Origin: Octopus vulgaris
Taxonomy: Eukaryota
DNA length: 64,000 bases
Assembly: GCA_951406725.2 (NCBI GenBank)
Contig: OX597826.1
Location: 12,710,001 to 12,774,000 of the forward strand
Direction: 5' to 3'
The position numbers and the translations under genes were made by a program. Of this stretch, positions 26,935-41,228 are shown piece by piece (position 1 is the first letter of the stretch; every line of letters starts with the position of its first letter). The notes beneath the pieces are model-generated. The model was not told the origin of the DNA and did no database searches. It was given only the letters and a program-made list of their open reading frames with translations.

Positions 26935-27227
26935 TGTGGCCATGCTGAAGCACCGCCTTTAGTCGAGCAAATCGACCCCAGGACTTATTCTTTGTAAGCT
27001 TAGTACTTATTCTATCGGTCTCTTTTGACGAACCGCTAAGTTACGGGGACGTAACACACCAGTATCGGTTGTCAAATGATGTTGGGAGGACAAACACAGA
27101 CACACAAACGTATACATACACACATACATATCTATATACATATATACGACGGGCTTCTCTCAGCTTCCGTCTACCAAATCCACTCACAAGGCTTTGGTCG
27201 GCCCGAGGCTATAGTAGAAGACACTTG
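26935..27227 (-). mobile_element. SINE family B lacking its head, fused to an RTE fragment
   Basis: Family match stops at gaagacacttg (27227). Confidence 0.85.
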
Positions 27228-27508
27228 TCCTGTTGCTGGATGCCTGTATCCCTGGAGATTACATCAAGGTAGGAGAGTGTGCGCCCTCTGTTATCGCGAG
27301 CAGATGGCTTCCAGAGAAGAGTAGAAATTACCTCGTTTTCAGCTCTAAAACAATGTCCAGCAAACTGGACTCTTCTACCTTTCACAAGAGATGATACAGG
27401 TGGTAATTTCCCATATATTTGTACTTTGGTTGGATGACGCTTCCACGAGAGATTTTGAGCTCTCATAAGGAGGCGAGTGTAAGTTCCATCCAACCGCCTC
27501 TCAAGCTT
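27226..27508 (-). mobile_element. RTE-clade LINE fragment (ORF C-terminus)
   Basis: LDGTYTRLLMRAQNLSWKRH...RRVQFAGHCFR...LLWKP; same family as 43383-43643. Confidence 0.85.
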
Positions 27509-28493
27509 AACGGGTTTTCATTGTATGATATCGATCATCAGTTTTGACACATACTTTTAGGGTGTATCAGGGGATTGCATTAGATATTGCATCACCAGCA
27601 TGTAGCTATATCATTATAATTCTTTCAAATATCCTCGTAGCATTAAGTAGGCTGGTTTTCCTGCATTCCATGTACTGGAATTATCGCTTGCCAAAGGTAT
27701 TTATCGGTAAGATCCTTCTGGTGATTAGTTTGCCCAATATTCCACTTCACCTGTCAAATGAGCCAGGTTTTAACTTTACTGCATTTTACCTGCCTTTAAG
27801 AGTTCCTTATTTATAACATACGTTGTTATTTGGTAGCAGTCCGGAAATCAGTCACTTGACAATTAACGAGAGTTTAATGTTTAGGCATGTGTCTGTGCGT
27901 GTGTGCATGTGTGTGTGAGTATAATGACACGTGAGCGAGAGAGAGAGTATGACCCGTACATGTGTGTGTGTGCGTGTGTGTGTGTGTACATATATTAGTG
28001 TGAGAAAGTATGGCATGTATGTGTGTGTGAGAGAGAGAGAGAGAGAGAGGGTGGGAGAGAGTGTGTCTATAATCACATTATGTGCGTGCAGTTTAAGAGA
28101 GCACGGAAGGAAGTGTGTGTATGTGTGAGGGGGAGAGGGAGAGAAAAAGAAAGAGAAGGGAATAGAAAAGGATAGAGAAAGAGAGAGAGAGAGAAAACAA
28201 GAGGGTGTAAGAGAGAGGGAGAGGAAGGGAGGAAGATCTTGTGTAAAATCAAACGCCACCCGTTGATGTTCTGCAGGCATGCTTCAACAATGAAGATTGT
28301 GTGTGTGTGTATGTGTATGTTATTGTGTGTGTGTGTGTGTGCGTCTGTAAGTGTGAGTGTGTATGTATGTATACACATACATGTGCCCCCTTGAGTAATG
28401 TAAGGTTTGTAAGTGTGCGTCTGTTTTTCACGGACGTATTGGACAGAGTTACCAAAGCATTCTGAAACCTTTATTAATATGCGAGTATCCGAC

Positions 28494-28527
<34 letters not shown>

Positions 28528-28679
28528 TGTGTGTGTTTGTGTACGTGAATACGTATGTTGTAGTAGTTGTAGTAGTCGTTGAGGTGGTGGTAGTCGTGGG
28601 TTCGTACATGAATAGGAAAGCATGTATGTATTTAGTGTTAGGACTTGGAATATAAATATTCTCTGGGACTCTGTATACA

Positions 28680-28990
28680 TTGCTGCTATTGTTGTTGCTG
28701 CTGTTGTTGTTGTTGTTTTTGTTGCCGTCGTCGTCGTTGTTATTACTGTTTTTGTTGTTGTTATGGTTGTTGTTGTGGCGATGATGATGATGATGATGGT
28801 GGTGAGGATGATGAGGAGGAGGAAGATAAGGAGGAGGAGGAAGATGAAGAGGGGCAGGAGGAGGAGGAGGAGGAAGAAGAAGAAGAAGAAAGGAGGAGGA
28901 GGAAGAGGAGGAAGAGGAGGAGGAAGAGGAGGAGGAAGAGGAGGAGGAAGATGAGGAGGAAGAGGAGGGGGAGGGGAGGGGAGGAAGAAG
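28680..28990. repeat. Compound (GTT)n/(GAT)n/(GGA)n/(GAA)n microsatellite
   Basis: Direct reading. Confidence 0.9.
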
Positions 28991-29545
28991 CATGGTTTAA
29001 GTGGATGGGTTCTGTTCGCTAACCCTAACCCAGTATTTTCGAATTGCTGCGGTTTAGGGTTTCTTTTTCGTCTTTTTGCTTTTTTTTTTTGGTTTTTCCT
29101 TTAATGTTCTACCCACGGAACCATAAGGATCGTTTGTATGACTAATTCGATTACCTTAGCCTAAAGAAGGTAACCTTTAAACCTGCTTGGCACATTACAA
29201 TATGACTTTGCGAGCGTGTCACTCGCTCATATTTCAGCATGATGGCAACGCAAGGAATAAAGAAACATGTGCCTCTCATACAAACAGACACAAATGTCAG
29301 TTACTCAGTCAAAGAAAACAAAAAGACATCCATAGACGTAGGCAGACAGTGGCTGTGTGGTTAAGATGTTGACTTTGCAGCTACGTGGTTTTAGTTTCTT
29401 TCCTACTGCGGATATTTTTACCATAGCTATGGTTAAATATCCGACATGACTCACTTCTCTTTCTCACACGGATAAAAATATGATTTTCCTAGATTCAATT
29501 TTTTTGTTATATTTCTTCTCAAGATCTTTGCATTATGGTTTTTAC

Positions 29546-29651
29546 TTCCTGCACTGAAGAGTACGTTTATATTTAATTAATTCAATTCAATTCAATCATG
29601 AATTTACATTATTATTATTATACCTCTGTACGAAACGATCGTCTGCAAGAA
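29546..29651 (+). ncRNA. Type I hammerhead ribozyme with canonical core and 63-nt stem II loop
   Basis: TTCcTGCA-CTGAAGA-GTAC-[63 nt]-GTAC-GAAA-CGATCG-TC|TGCAaGAA; predicted cleavage after 29643. Confidence 0.8.
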
Positions 29652-29781
29652 TTGAACTTCTTATATATTTTAACAACTTGTCTCTTCCATGTTTAACTAA
29701 ATTGATGAGTTTCATGGGAACTCATTCCACAAATTCTCCATATATTATATACAAGTACTACTTTCATATCTTACACATACA

Positions 29782-29824
<43 letters not shown>

Positions 29825-29851
29825 GAGAGAGAGAGATAGATAGATAGATAT

Positions 29852-29901
<50 letters not shown>

Positions 29902-30024
29902 CCCTGTGTGCTTCTGTTTGTCTTCTTCAACCGCGGAATTGTTTTTTACACCTCTGTATCTTAGCGACAGCAGCTGTTCGACATTACGGTTTCGTCATTC
30001 TGCGAGCACAACAATGATAACAAT

Positions 30025-30232
30025 CCTTTTTATCATAGGCACAAGGCCTGAAATTTGGGGGGAGGTGACTAGTCAATTACATAAACTCCAGTGTTTCAAT
30101 GGTACTTAATTTATCGACCCCGAAAGGATAAAAGACAAAGCCGACCTCGGTGAAATTTGAACTCAGAACATTGCGACGGAACATTGCTAAGTATTTCGCC
30201 CGGTGTGCTAACGATTTTTCCAGCTCGCCGCC
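30025..30232 (-). mobile_element. SINE family A (second tail type)
   Basis: Reverse-complement head and core; tail ccttgtgcctatgataaaaagga. Confidence 0.8.
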
Positions 30233-30277
30233 CTTAATAATAAGAAATAATAATAAGAAATATTATTATTATTATTA

Positions 30278-30665
30278 TTTTCACTCTAGGCACAAGACCT
30301 TGAAAATTTTGTGGGGAAGGAGGATAGACGATTACATCAACCTCAGTGCGAAAGGATGAAAGGCAAAGTCGACCTCGGCGGAATTTGAACTCAGAACGTA
30401 GCTGCAGACGAAATACCTATTTCTTCACTACCCACAAGGGGCTAAACACAGAGGGGACAAACAAGGACAGACAAACGGATTAAGTCGATTACATCGATCC
30501 CAGTGCATAACAGGTACTTATTTAATCGACCCCCGAAAGGATGAAAGGCAAAGTCGATGAAAGGCAAAGTCGATGAAAGGCAAATTCGAACTCAGAACGT
30601 AACGGCAGACGAAATACGTCTACGCATTTCACCCGGCGTGCTAACGTTTCTGCTATCTCACCACC
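30278..30665 (-). mobile_element. SINE family A, dimeric, with internal 16-bp tandem duplication
   Basis: gatgaaaggcaaagtc repeated at 30540-30583; two different tails. Confidence 0.85.
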
Positions 30666-31239
30666 CATAATAATAATAATAATAACCATAATAATGATAA
30701 TAATAATCATTATTATTGTTATTATTATTGCATAGTTTCTCTGTACTCCCTGGGCCTTGGACTTGTGCAGAATTTTATTTTGGTTTTGATATTTTACCAA
30801 GCAGCTTATATTTTCTTTATAATATGTACATTTGTAATTCTGGGGGTTTGCTTATGTGTTCGGCACTAAGTTCATTTTTTTTAATGATTTCCAAAACACC
30901 TTTTATTATAGAAATTGTTTCTCTATTCAGATTCTCTTTTGGTCATTTCTTTTTCCAGATCTTTGTATTTAGATAATTTCTTCATCTCCCTCAGAGACAC
31001 AATTATCGAACTGTTATGTCGATTAGAAGACATTTCTATTCCTGGAAGGCCTTGACAACAATATTTGGGCGGTTAACCTTAATCTCTAGTTTGTGTCTAT
31101 TGTTGTAACCAATTACAAGCCAGAGAAACTTGTTGGTGTCTTGTTTATCTAGGAGGGAACACTGGATAGGCCGGCGGAAATTTGAATTTCTGCATTTCTA
31201 TGTATTCTTTAGCGATAATATTTCTACAATATTGATTAA

Positions 31240-31633
31240 AAATTTTGGTACAACACCAGGAATTTCAGAGTAAGAAACAAATCGATTACATCAACCTAAG
31301 TGTTCAACCGGTACTTATTTTATCGACCTCCAAAAGTATGAAAGGTAAAGTCGACCTCGCGGGGTTCGAACTCAAGAACTGACGAAATACAATAAGCATT
31401 TTGCCCGGCGCGGTAATGATTCTCATTTCTTTATTGCCCAGAAGGGGCTAAACACAGAGAGGACAAACAAGGACAGACAAAGGGATTAAGTCGATTATAT
31501 CGACCCTAGTGCGTAACTGGTACTTATTTAATCGACCCCGAAAGGATGAAAGGCAAAGTCGACCTCGGCACAATTTGAACTCAGAACGTAGCGGCAGACG
31601 AAATACCGCCAACCATTTTGTCCGGCGTGCTAA
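31240..31633 (-). mobile_element. SINE family A, two units
   Basis: Reverse-complement family match. Confidence 0.8.
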
Positions 31634-32164
31634 CGTTTCTGCCAGCTTGCCACTCAAGTAAATTTTTACAATACTGATACATAATACGTTCTTTCAGATT
31701 CGAACTTGTAAATATTATTTTTGCTGTCATTCACAGTCGGGGAACATCTCTTGCCTTAATGTGATGTGTGTCTATGAAACACTTGATTCCCCTGTGTAAG
31801 GGGACTTCGGGATAACAGCTTTTCGACCTACTGTGCTTAACGTCAGTCGAAGTTATTCCTACTGATGAATCTCAGAAGAGCAAGAACTCTTAGTTATAGT
31901 TTTCAGCAAATAAACTACATGCTGATGTACGCCGACGTCTACCAAACATACAATAGTAAATGCGGCGCACGCAGAACAGCAAAAATCCAAACAATAACGT
32001 ATCTATTCATTCGTAATACGTGAATTTAATGTGTATTTTCCATCTTTTGCTTTTCATTTCTAATGTTGAATCTGAAACATGAAAAAAAAAACAACGTTTG
32101 AAATATTGTTCAGTTCAATAAGCAATGTAAATCTGTGTTCAAGTATCGTTGTCTCCCACGTGTG

Positions 32165-32535
<371 letters not shown>

Positions 32536-32536
32536 T

Positions 32537-34221
32537 TCTGAAAGAGTCTCGGATAGTTTTTAATTACCGGTTATTCTTTACTTGAAATCAGGCAACAACA
32601 AATCACCAACGGTTTCAGGTAGTGCCTTCTCCTGTTACTTGAGACAATACTCTCCTTAGAATGCGAGCTTTACCCAACAATGTTGTCTTGTGGATCACCT
32701 CGTGCCTGACAACAGCTCCAATATTCTAAATATGTTTTTCAAAGCCCTTGGGAACTGCTCCAGTTACCACCGGTATTACCATTACTTTTCTCATGCCCTA
32801 TAACTTTCCTATCTTGTCCCGCAGTGGTTAGTATTTCTTAATCTTTTCTGTTTCCTTACCTTTCGCCCTAAAATCGTCTGATATCCAAGTCTCCTTTCTA
32901 CAGTCATTGCCAGGTTCTATTCCAATCAATCTCATCTTTATTCTTCAAGAACTGACAGTGTATTTTCTTGTACTGCCAAATTTTCTTCATTTGCTCTCTC
33001 TGATCTTTCTTAAATTGTGTTGGATCTACAGCTTCGTTCAGTTTTAAGGTTCCCTGCATTCTCACTGCTTCAACTATTTCGTCTTTACTCCTCTGCCCCT
33101 ACACAACATTCACAGCACACCAATCTCCGTCCTCCTTTCCTCATTACATACAATCTTGACACATCACTCTTGGTGTGTAATTCCTCGTTCATTGCCATTA
33201 ATTTACGCGTTCTCCGGTCTGTCTCTCGTATTTCAGGCTTCTTCCAAGTTACTATTCTTGCCCCATATCTCATCAAAGCAACCACTCACGTGTTAATTGC
33301 TCTAATCATATAGCTGCCATTTAGCTTCGATTGGAGCACAAGCCGATCTCTCCTCAAATACTCTTTCCTGTACATTGCTTTCATTTTGTGTTCATTCATC
33401 TTATCTCTTTCAATGATACCCAGGTACTTGTATCCTTCCTTTATAGTTTCACCACTTTCCAGCTTGCTCACATGGCTTTTACTGATTTCCCCCCTTTTGA
33501 CAATCATTACACCACATTTCTCGATCCCAAATTCCATGCCAATATCTTTACTTATCATCTGCACAGTTGCCGCAAACTCTCAATTTCTTTCTCAGTCTTA
33601 GCGAATAGCTTTAGGTCATCTATAGACCACAGCTTGTTTACTTTCACCCTGCCGAACATGTACCCCAATCGCACCTTTCTTAAAGGAGTCCTTTTTTGAT
33701 ATTTACCTCTCCCAGCTTATTTCCCTATGCTGTGAGTTCAGTTCACCATGTTGTCATTGAGTTTTGTATTAACTTCAGGATATTTTGGGAGACCTTAAGC
33801 AGTTTAAGTCATTCAATTATCCACGAGTGTGGGGCCATACCATAGAATTTTCTGTAGCCCACCCATGTCATCACCAAAGTTTTGTGTCTCGTCTTGCAGT
33901 CAGCCAGGACAGTCTTATCGATTAGTAATTGATCTTTCGTTCCTCTGCTCCTACGTCTACACCCTTTATGTTTCACTGATAGTAGGCCGTTCTCATCTAG
34001 GTACTTATAGAGGCTGTTTGATACGATGCCCATCATCAGTGGCAAAGAAGATATTATTCGGAAATTTCCAACCACATTCCCTTTACTTGGGTCCTTCTGG
34101 CATTGTACCGTTCTTCCTTTTGCCATCCAAGCCGGTACTTAGATGTCACTACTCAGTATTTCGTCCATCTGTCTCGCAGTTCTCCTGTGCAGAGCTGTCA
34201 AGTTTTTAAGCCAAAAGCATG
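32537..34221 (-). mobile_element. 5'-truncated, degenerate R4/Dong-like non-LTR retrotransposon
   Basis: Broken frames give [62 protein letters not shown] and C-terminal VIPVVTGAVPK...KTTLLGKARILRRVL. Flanked by (TAA)n on both sides. Confidence 0.88.
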
Positions 34222-34237
34222 TTTATTATTATTATCA

Positions 34238-34301
<64 letters not shown>

Positions 34302-34984
34302 GCACTGGATTGACAGATTCATTAGTTTCGGTCAAAATGATTTGTGGTAATTGTTTCTGCTCGTACCTCCTCAACTTAAAATTTGCGGAGCTCCATTTTG
34401 CCTTTTATATTTCTTGATCGATAAAATACAGAAAGAACCAAGTATTCCATCGATATAATCGGCAAAGCCCGCCCACCAAATTGCTGGCCTTCTATTAGAA
34501 ACGATTACTGCTGTTATTAAAATGAATGTCGGAACTATACTAGTATGGAACAAAATTCTTATTACTGCCGTTTCTCAAATTCAGAAGAATATGATGAACT
34601 CCAGTTAACATCACCCGAGAAAACCACATGTTTTAGCATCAGCAAAACTGCCATTAATAACAGAAACAACAACATTGCCATCGTTATTATTGCATTTTTT
34701 TTTCTGATGGTGTTTCAAATTTGAAATTACAGTTGTTCTATGTTGCTGGTATTTTGTATTTTGCGGTTATCAAATATTTGGAATTTAATTCTGTTGCATT
34801 TGTAATCAAGATCGTGGTGGCAGTGAACGAATAGAAACAGAACAAAAGCAAGAGCCAAAAAAAAAAAAAAAAAAGAAAGGAAAAAGGAAAGAAAGAGTTG
34901 GAATTAAAGAAATGGAATGGAGGAAGAAGCGAGAAATGGAATCGTAATTGAAGATTAATACCGAAGAACACACAGTAAAGAAAA

Positions 34985-34993
34985 ATGATAACA

Positions 34994-35063
<70 letters not shown>

Positions 35064-35116
35064 TAATAATAATAATAATAAAATAATGATAATAATAATA
35101 ATGATAAATAATAATG

Positions 35117-35147
<31 letters not shown>

Positions 35148-35148
35148 C

Positions 35149-35222
<74 letters not shown>
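34985..35222. repeat. (AAT)n microsatellite
   Basis: Direct reading. Confidence 0.95.
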
Positions 35223-35223
<1 letters not shown>

Positions 35224-35965
35224 TGTTATGAATAAATAAATGATTAAAACAAAATGCAAATAACTATGTTTAACGTCGGTTAACAGTTTTGTGTTTCAGT
35301 TAAAAATCAATGTTGCTCACTAGGAAATAATCATAGTCATCATTTGTAAATTCAAGCTGAATCGTTTGAATTTCATCCGCATGTTTCCATTCACTTAAAT
35401 GAGATTTCAAATATTAAAACAACAATCTCTGATATAATTTATCACCTGTGTTTTTCCTCTCTCTTCGGATAATTATATGGACATAACTGATTGGCATCAA
35501 ATCTCTCCTCATCACACGCTAGCTTCTGCTGTCTCGTTGGCATCCTCTCTTTTCTATTGCTTTTCCTACTGGCCCCTTCCCCTCGGAGCTAGTTGGTCTT
35601 ACACTACCTCTATATAAAAAAAAGACATTCCCAGCAATTCCTCTCTGCATCTCTTGGCTGCATGTTGTATATCACAAAGTATCTCACTAATCATAACACC
35701 CAGGTCTTAAGTCCTCCTGCGTCGTGTGGCGCACTGGGTGGCAAGTCTTCTCCAAAGTGGTCGGTCGACAGAGGCCAATTCAGCTTCATCTCATGAAATG
35801 TCAATAGCTTTGAGGACATCGATGAAGGTGAAGCGCCAAGTCGCTTTTGCTTGCCTTTGTTTTCTCTTGACATGCAGAGGCTTTCACTAAATGGCGGTTT
35901 TCGCATGCTGCGACGATGGTAATCGAAGGACATGGCCTGCGTCATGGAGTGGACGGTATCAGTTC

Positions 35966-36195
35966 GGCGGCGAGCTGGCAGAAACGTTAGCGCGCCGGAC
36001 GAAATGCTTTGTAGTATTTCGTCCGCCGCTGCGTTCTGAGTTCAAATTCCGCTGAGGTCGACTTTGCCTTTCATCCTTTCGGGGTCGATAAATTAAGTAC
36101 CAGTTACGCACTGGTGTCTATGTAATCGACTTAATCCGTTTGCCTGTCCTTGTTTGTCCTCTCTATGTTTACCCCCTTGTGGGTAGTAAAGAAAT
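35966..36195 (+). mobile_element. SINE family A, monomer
   Basis: Full family match. Confidence 0.92.
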
Positions 36196-36196
36196 A

Positions 36197-37220
36197 GGTA
36201 TGATATTCGCAGTATCTGCTGGAGGCATCGTAGCTGAAATTCATTGAATCTTCGCGCGATCTTTGCCGATGTCTTCCGCGTTTCCACCGCGTATATTGTC
36301 TGTAGAATGATGATGCTGTTGAAGAGGCGCTCCTTGGTCTTGGCGGAGATCGCCCTGCCTGCCCAGATGGGTTTGAGTCTTTGAAAGATAGCCGAGCGAG
36401 GCCTTCCTAATCCGGCAGGCAACACCGAGTTCGGTGTCTCCGTCGTTGGCCACGACGCTGCCCAAATAGGTGAACTCATCAACTTCCTCGATTTGATGTT
36501 GTCCATTCATCAAGGGGACGCCATTGTTGTTCGCATGGACATATCCAATCCTCATGATCTTCGTCTTGTTTGCACTTATGCGGAGTCCGATCTTGGCTGC
36601 CTCCCGTTCCAATCTCTCTGTCATTGTGCGAATGACATTCTTCGTCGCTCCGAGAGGCGCGATGTCATCGGTGAAGTCGAGGTCAGTCAAGAGCCCCGGC
36701 GCACACCACAGAATCCCGAATCCACGTTGGCGCATCGACTCGCGCGTGACGAAGTCGATCACCATAAGAAATAGGCGAGGGGATAGAATGCACCCTTGCC
36801 GTACTTCGGTCTCAATGGCAAAGTAGTCTGTATAGCCCGTCTCTGTTCGAGCACAGCACCAAGACTCGTGGTAAAGGCTCCGAAAGGCGTTGACGAAATG
36901 CTCAGGAATGCCGAAGTCACGAGCGATGCACCACAATGAACTACGAAGTACGCTGTCGAATGCCTTGGCAAAATCAGTGAAAATGATTGATTGCCGTTAC
37001 TGATATTCCAGGCTTCGTTCGATAATGTTGCTCAACGTGAAGATTTCTTCATTGCACGACAGTTCGCATCGAAAACTGGGTTGTTCTCGGGGCCTCTCAT
37101 GCACCGCCTCTTTCAGCCGTCTTAAGAGGACGACACCGAAGACCTTCCGAGGACAGATAGAAACATACCCCCCCCCTCCAATTATTGTAATCGGCAAGGA
37201 TTCCTTTCTTTGGGTGCTTG
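36197..37220 (-). mobile_element. RTE-clade LINE reverse transcriptase remnant
   Basis: ORF 36241-36936 contains VRQGCILSP, LDFTDDIA, GLRISANKTK and EFTYLGS; upstream DFAKAFDS; frameshifted; GC-rich relative to the host. Confidence 0.92.
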
Positions 37221-37453
37221 ACGTAATGTCACACCTCTGAAAAATTATTTCCTTTACATTTTTGCCCTGCAGCTGTTGATAAGTGCTTGTTCACGACGAA
37301 TATTATCTGCGTGGATTTCTGCGCGTAGATTTTTGAACACTTTCGAAGATCGCGAAAACAAGAGTTTTCTCCAGATTAATCCAGTGCCAAAAACTGATTG
37401 AGACCATGGAACTTTGAAAAAGATAACACAATCTATCTTTTCTATTTTATCGT

Positions 37454-37685
37454 TTACTTGTTTCAGTTATAAGACTGCGGCTAAGCTGGGGCACCGCATT
37501 GAAGAATTCTTAGTCAAATGAGTACTTACTTCCTTTCTAAAATTGACACTCATTCTATCGGTCTCTTTCGCCGAACCGCTAAGTTACAGACACAAAGACA
37601 AACAAACAAACATAAACATACATACATACACACATAATATATATATATATATAAATATATACATCTATACATACACACACACACA

Positions 37686-37736
<51 letters not shown>

Positions 37737-37904
37737 GACTGGTTATATGACTGGTTTTATTGCAGTTTCCTTCTACCAAATCCACCTCACAAGGCTTTGG
37801 TCGGCCCAAGGCTTTGATAGAAGACAATTGTCCAAGGTGCCACGCAGTTGGACTGAACACGTAACCATGTGGTTGGGAAGGAAATTTCTTACCACACCTG
37901 CGTC
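37454..37904 (-). mobile_element. SINE family B, diverged
   Basis: Family match with expanded internal (TA)n. Confidence 0.8.
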
Positions 37905-40389
37905 TATTTACATATTTTAATCATGAAACACTCAGTAAAAGAGCAGAGATACTGCTCAGAGTTTAGTAGACTTCCTCATAAGGTAGCCCCTTGTATCACT
38001 AATTCATTCATCACTAATTCGGTATAAAACTGTATGCCCAATTGTGAACCATGTTACTCATCATGGAATGCTCTGTGATTATACAGGTCGCTGATCAATC
38101 GAAGATTCTGCTTGTACCGCAAAAAACGTGCCCCAGCTACCACTCACAAGGGTCAGCTAATCAGAAAGCACTGACTTTCGCTTGTATTTCGTTGGCCGTA
38201 TCGCCGGGATGCGTATTTTTAACACAGATTCATACCCTCATACTCATCAACATAGAACCAGTGAAGAGAAGAGATCAACAAAATACATGATGGTAGGAGT
38301 TCGGAGCTGTCGACCGCGATATTTTGGTGTCAATGAATCAACCATTCTTTCCGTTAAGAAAGTGGGCAAGGATGATTCATTTATTATAGTTTCCGCACCC
38401 ACCAACCGCGTGAAAAGCGACCACAAATGAAGTGAAATGAGCTGAAGCACTATTATTCAGCGGATTCAAGTACATCAAACTAGAACTCATATACTGGATT
38501 CTTCTCGATGTAAATATTTGGTGTTCTATGTAGCAAGAAATTAGAAAGAAGAAACGGGATTTTCGATGGAAGATTCTTGCACTATATTCAAGGAATTACT
38601 TTTGCCTAATGCGAAATAAAACCCGAACTAAGAAATGATTATTAATCTGAGATTCGCGAGGAGATAAACTACATGAAGGATAAGAAGATCTGGATTGAGT
38701 GTGTTTAAAATCACTTAAAATTATCCTTGAATATTCAATAAAGAGAAGCTAGTGATAGATATAATGTGAGAGATATAATATGTGCTGTCATCCGTCAAGG
38801 TTAATCAATGAAATATATCTAATATACAATACTTCCATCGTCTTTGATACTCTCCGAATATAATGGGATATTGTGTATAATAATAATATCCTATTATACA
38901 ATGAAACTCTTAAGCTTATAATATGCATGATAGATTAACGGGGAATCTTACCTCTGACAATATATAAAACATTTTTCATGACACCAGCAAGCAAAGTGGA
39001 GAAGACGATGGAGATTTAATTGATATTCATTATGGAAACTTTATATAAACTACGTGTACTTTTCTCACTATTACTCACTAACCGGCCCAGTGCTGGTTTG
39101 CTGAATAAAATGCGTTAAATATGATATGAAATATTATAAATTTTGAATGCTACATTCTAAAGGCGATCTCACATATAAAGCATTGACAAAACTGCATAGC
39201 AACTCCTTCCATATTTAGGTTCAGAAAATAACATCAACTATTCGGGACTTATAGAGATCAAATAATTAACGCTCTATTCTCTGCTGTTCTTTGTCTGTGA
39301 TATCATATTTAACATGCACAAAACTGCTTTAGAAATACTATGCTAATTTTTGAGCACAGTACACTATATTCATTAGCGTACAGCTCCCATACATGGATAG
39401 GTGCAGATTCATAGTTTCTTCTAATAACCACTTCTAGTGCCTGGCCTATCGGTGTTTCTGTTATCTTTCTGCTGTTATCCTGTAATTCTTAATCTTTCTG
39501 TCTCCACAAAACCTGAGGAATTACAACCGTGTTTCGTGGTCTGCTACCACAACAGCTCCTTTATAGGATCCAGTTAGCTCAAGACATCATCAGGAGGGAA
39601 CCACGTCCGGTTTTGGCCCCTACTCCTCTACCGTTTTCACGTGGCGGGCCCCTCCTCCTTTCGGAGGTGTCTTCAGCTCTGGTGTTGGGTGCATGGCTTC
39701 TTTCTTCTGTTCCCTGGTCTCTTCGATGTATCTCAGCGAGTGTCAGCCGGTGACTGACTGACTTGTCAAATTTTTCCCTTTAAATACTTTGGTAGAACTG
39801 TTATGGAATTCTGTTCCTGGCTAGCGTGGTGTTTGTTTGTCTTTTGTTTTCCTTTTCCTGTTTTACCTCATGCCATTTAACTAGGTCAATGGGATTTGAG
39901 AATGAATTTGTTGACATTTCTACCGCATCTAACAACCACGTAGCGGCTGTATTGATGGCTCACATTGAACGTCCAGTCTTTATCCAAATCGCTCTTGCTC
40001 TTTGTATTTTTTATTTTCTAGATTAAAAAAGAAATAGAGTAGAATTTTGTCAAGTACACTCGTTCTTTGTTTTCTATTTATGTAGGTTAAAAAAGAAATA
40101 GATGATGTAGTATTTATCAAGTATGCTCCTATAAGGCTGCTCGTAATGCGTAGAATGAAAGTAGACCCTTTCTGGTACAATGACGTGCTGCAAAAGATTC
40201 TAAAGTTCATTATCTGGATTTACCCTACTTAACATTTACTTTGCATCACATGTTCATACACATACAGACTATTAGGTAAAATTATAAATATACAAATGAC
40301 TATATACAAATGTAGACACTATATAAGTTTCAACGTGTAATCATAAACAAGTGGATCGAATGCACACGTAAACAGACACGGTCATGTGT

Positions 40390-40438
40390 ATACATACATA
40401 CATACATACACACATACATACATACATACATACATACA

Positions 40439-40472
<34 letters not shown>

Positions 40473-40530
40473 CAAACATACATACATACATACATACATA
40501 CATACACACATACATACATACATACATACA

Positions 40531-40564
<34 letters not shown>

Positions 40565-40590
40565 CAAACATACATACATACATACATACA

Positions 40591-40624
<34 letters not shown>

Positions 40625-40702
40625 CAAACATACATACATACATACATGTATGCATGCATACATACATACATACATACATACATACATACATACACACATA
40701 CA

Positions 40703-40736
<34 letters not shown>

Positions 40737-40794
40737 CAAACATACATACATACATACATACATACATACATACATACACACATACATACATACA

Positions 40795-40828
<34 letters not shown>

Positions 40829-40978
40829 CAAACATACATACATACATACTTACATACATACATACATACATACATATATACAAACATACATACATACATA
40901 CATGCATGCATGCATACATACATACATACATACATACATACATACATACATACATACATACATACATACATACATACA

Positions 40979-41012
<34 letters not shown>

Positions 41013-41066
41013 CAAACATACATACATACATACATACATACATACACACATACATACATACATACA

Positions 41067-41100
<34 letters not shown>

Positions 41101-41106
41101 CAAACA

Positions 41107-41140
<34 letters not shown>

Positions 41141-41146
41141 CATACA

Positions 41147-41182
<36 letters not shown>

Positions 41183-41228
41183 TATATACATACATACATA
41201 TATACAAACATACATACATACAAACATA
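40390..41228. repeat. (TACA)n array with recurring variant tatatacaaacatac
   Basis: About 840 bp; variant units recur every 60-130 bp. Confidence 0.95.

Noticed and set aside
28073-29022. 306-aa low-complexity ORF and overlapping ORFs
   Set aside because: Made of consecutive trinucleotide and dinucleotide repeats; no domain or splice support.
29019-29062. taaccctaaccc ... ttaggg telomere-like motifs
   Set aside because: Only two units and no element boundaries visible.
31858-31895. CTGATGA hammerhead candidate
   Set aside because: No GAAA after the stem II candidate; too degenerate to call.
38020-38450. Coding-like unique block
   Set aside because: Short ORFs with no recognisable family motif.
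39516-39560. Minus-strand hammerhead-like fold (GTGGT/ACCAC-GAAA-CACGGTTG-TA)
   Set aside because: Core lacks G8A9 and stem I is out of register; may be chance.
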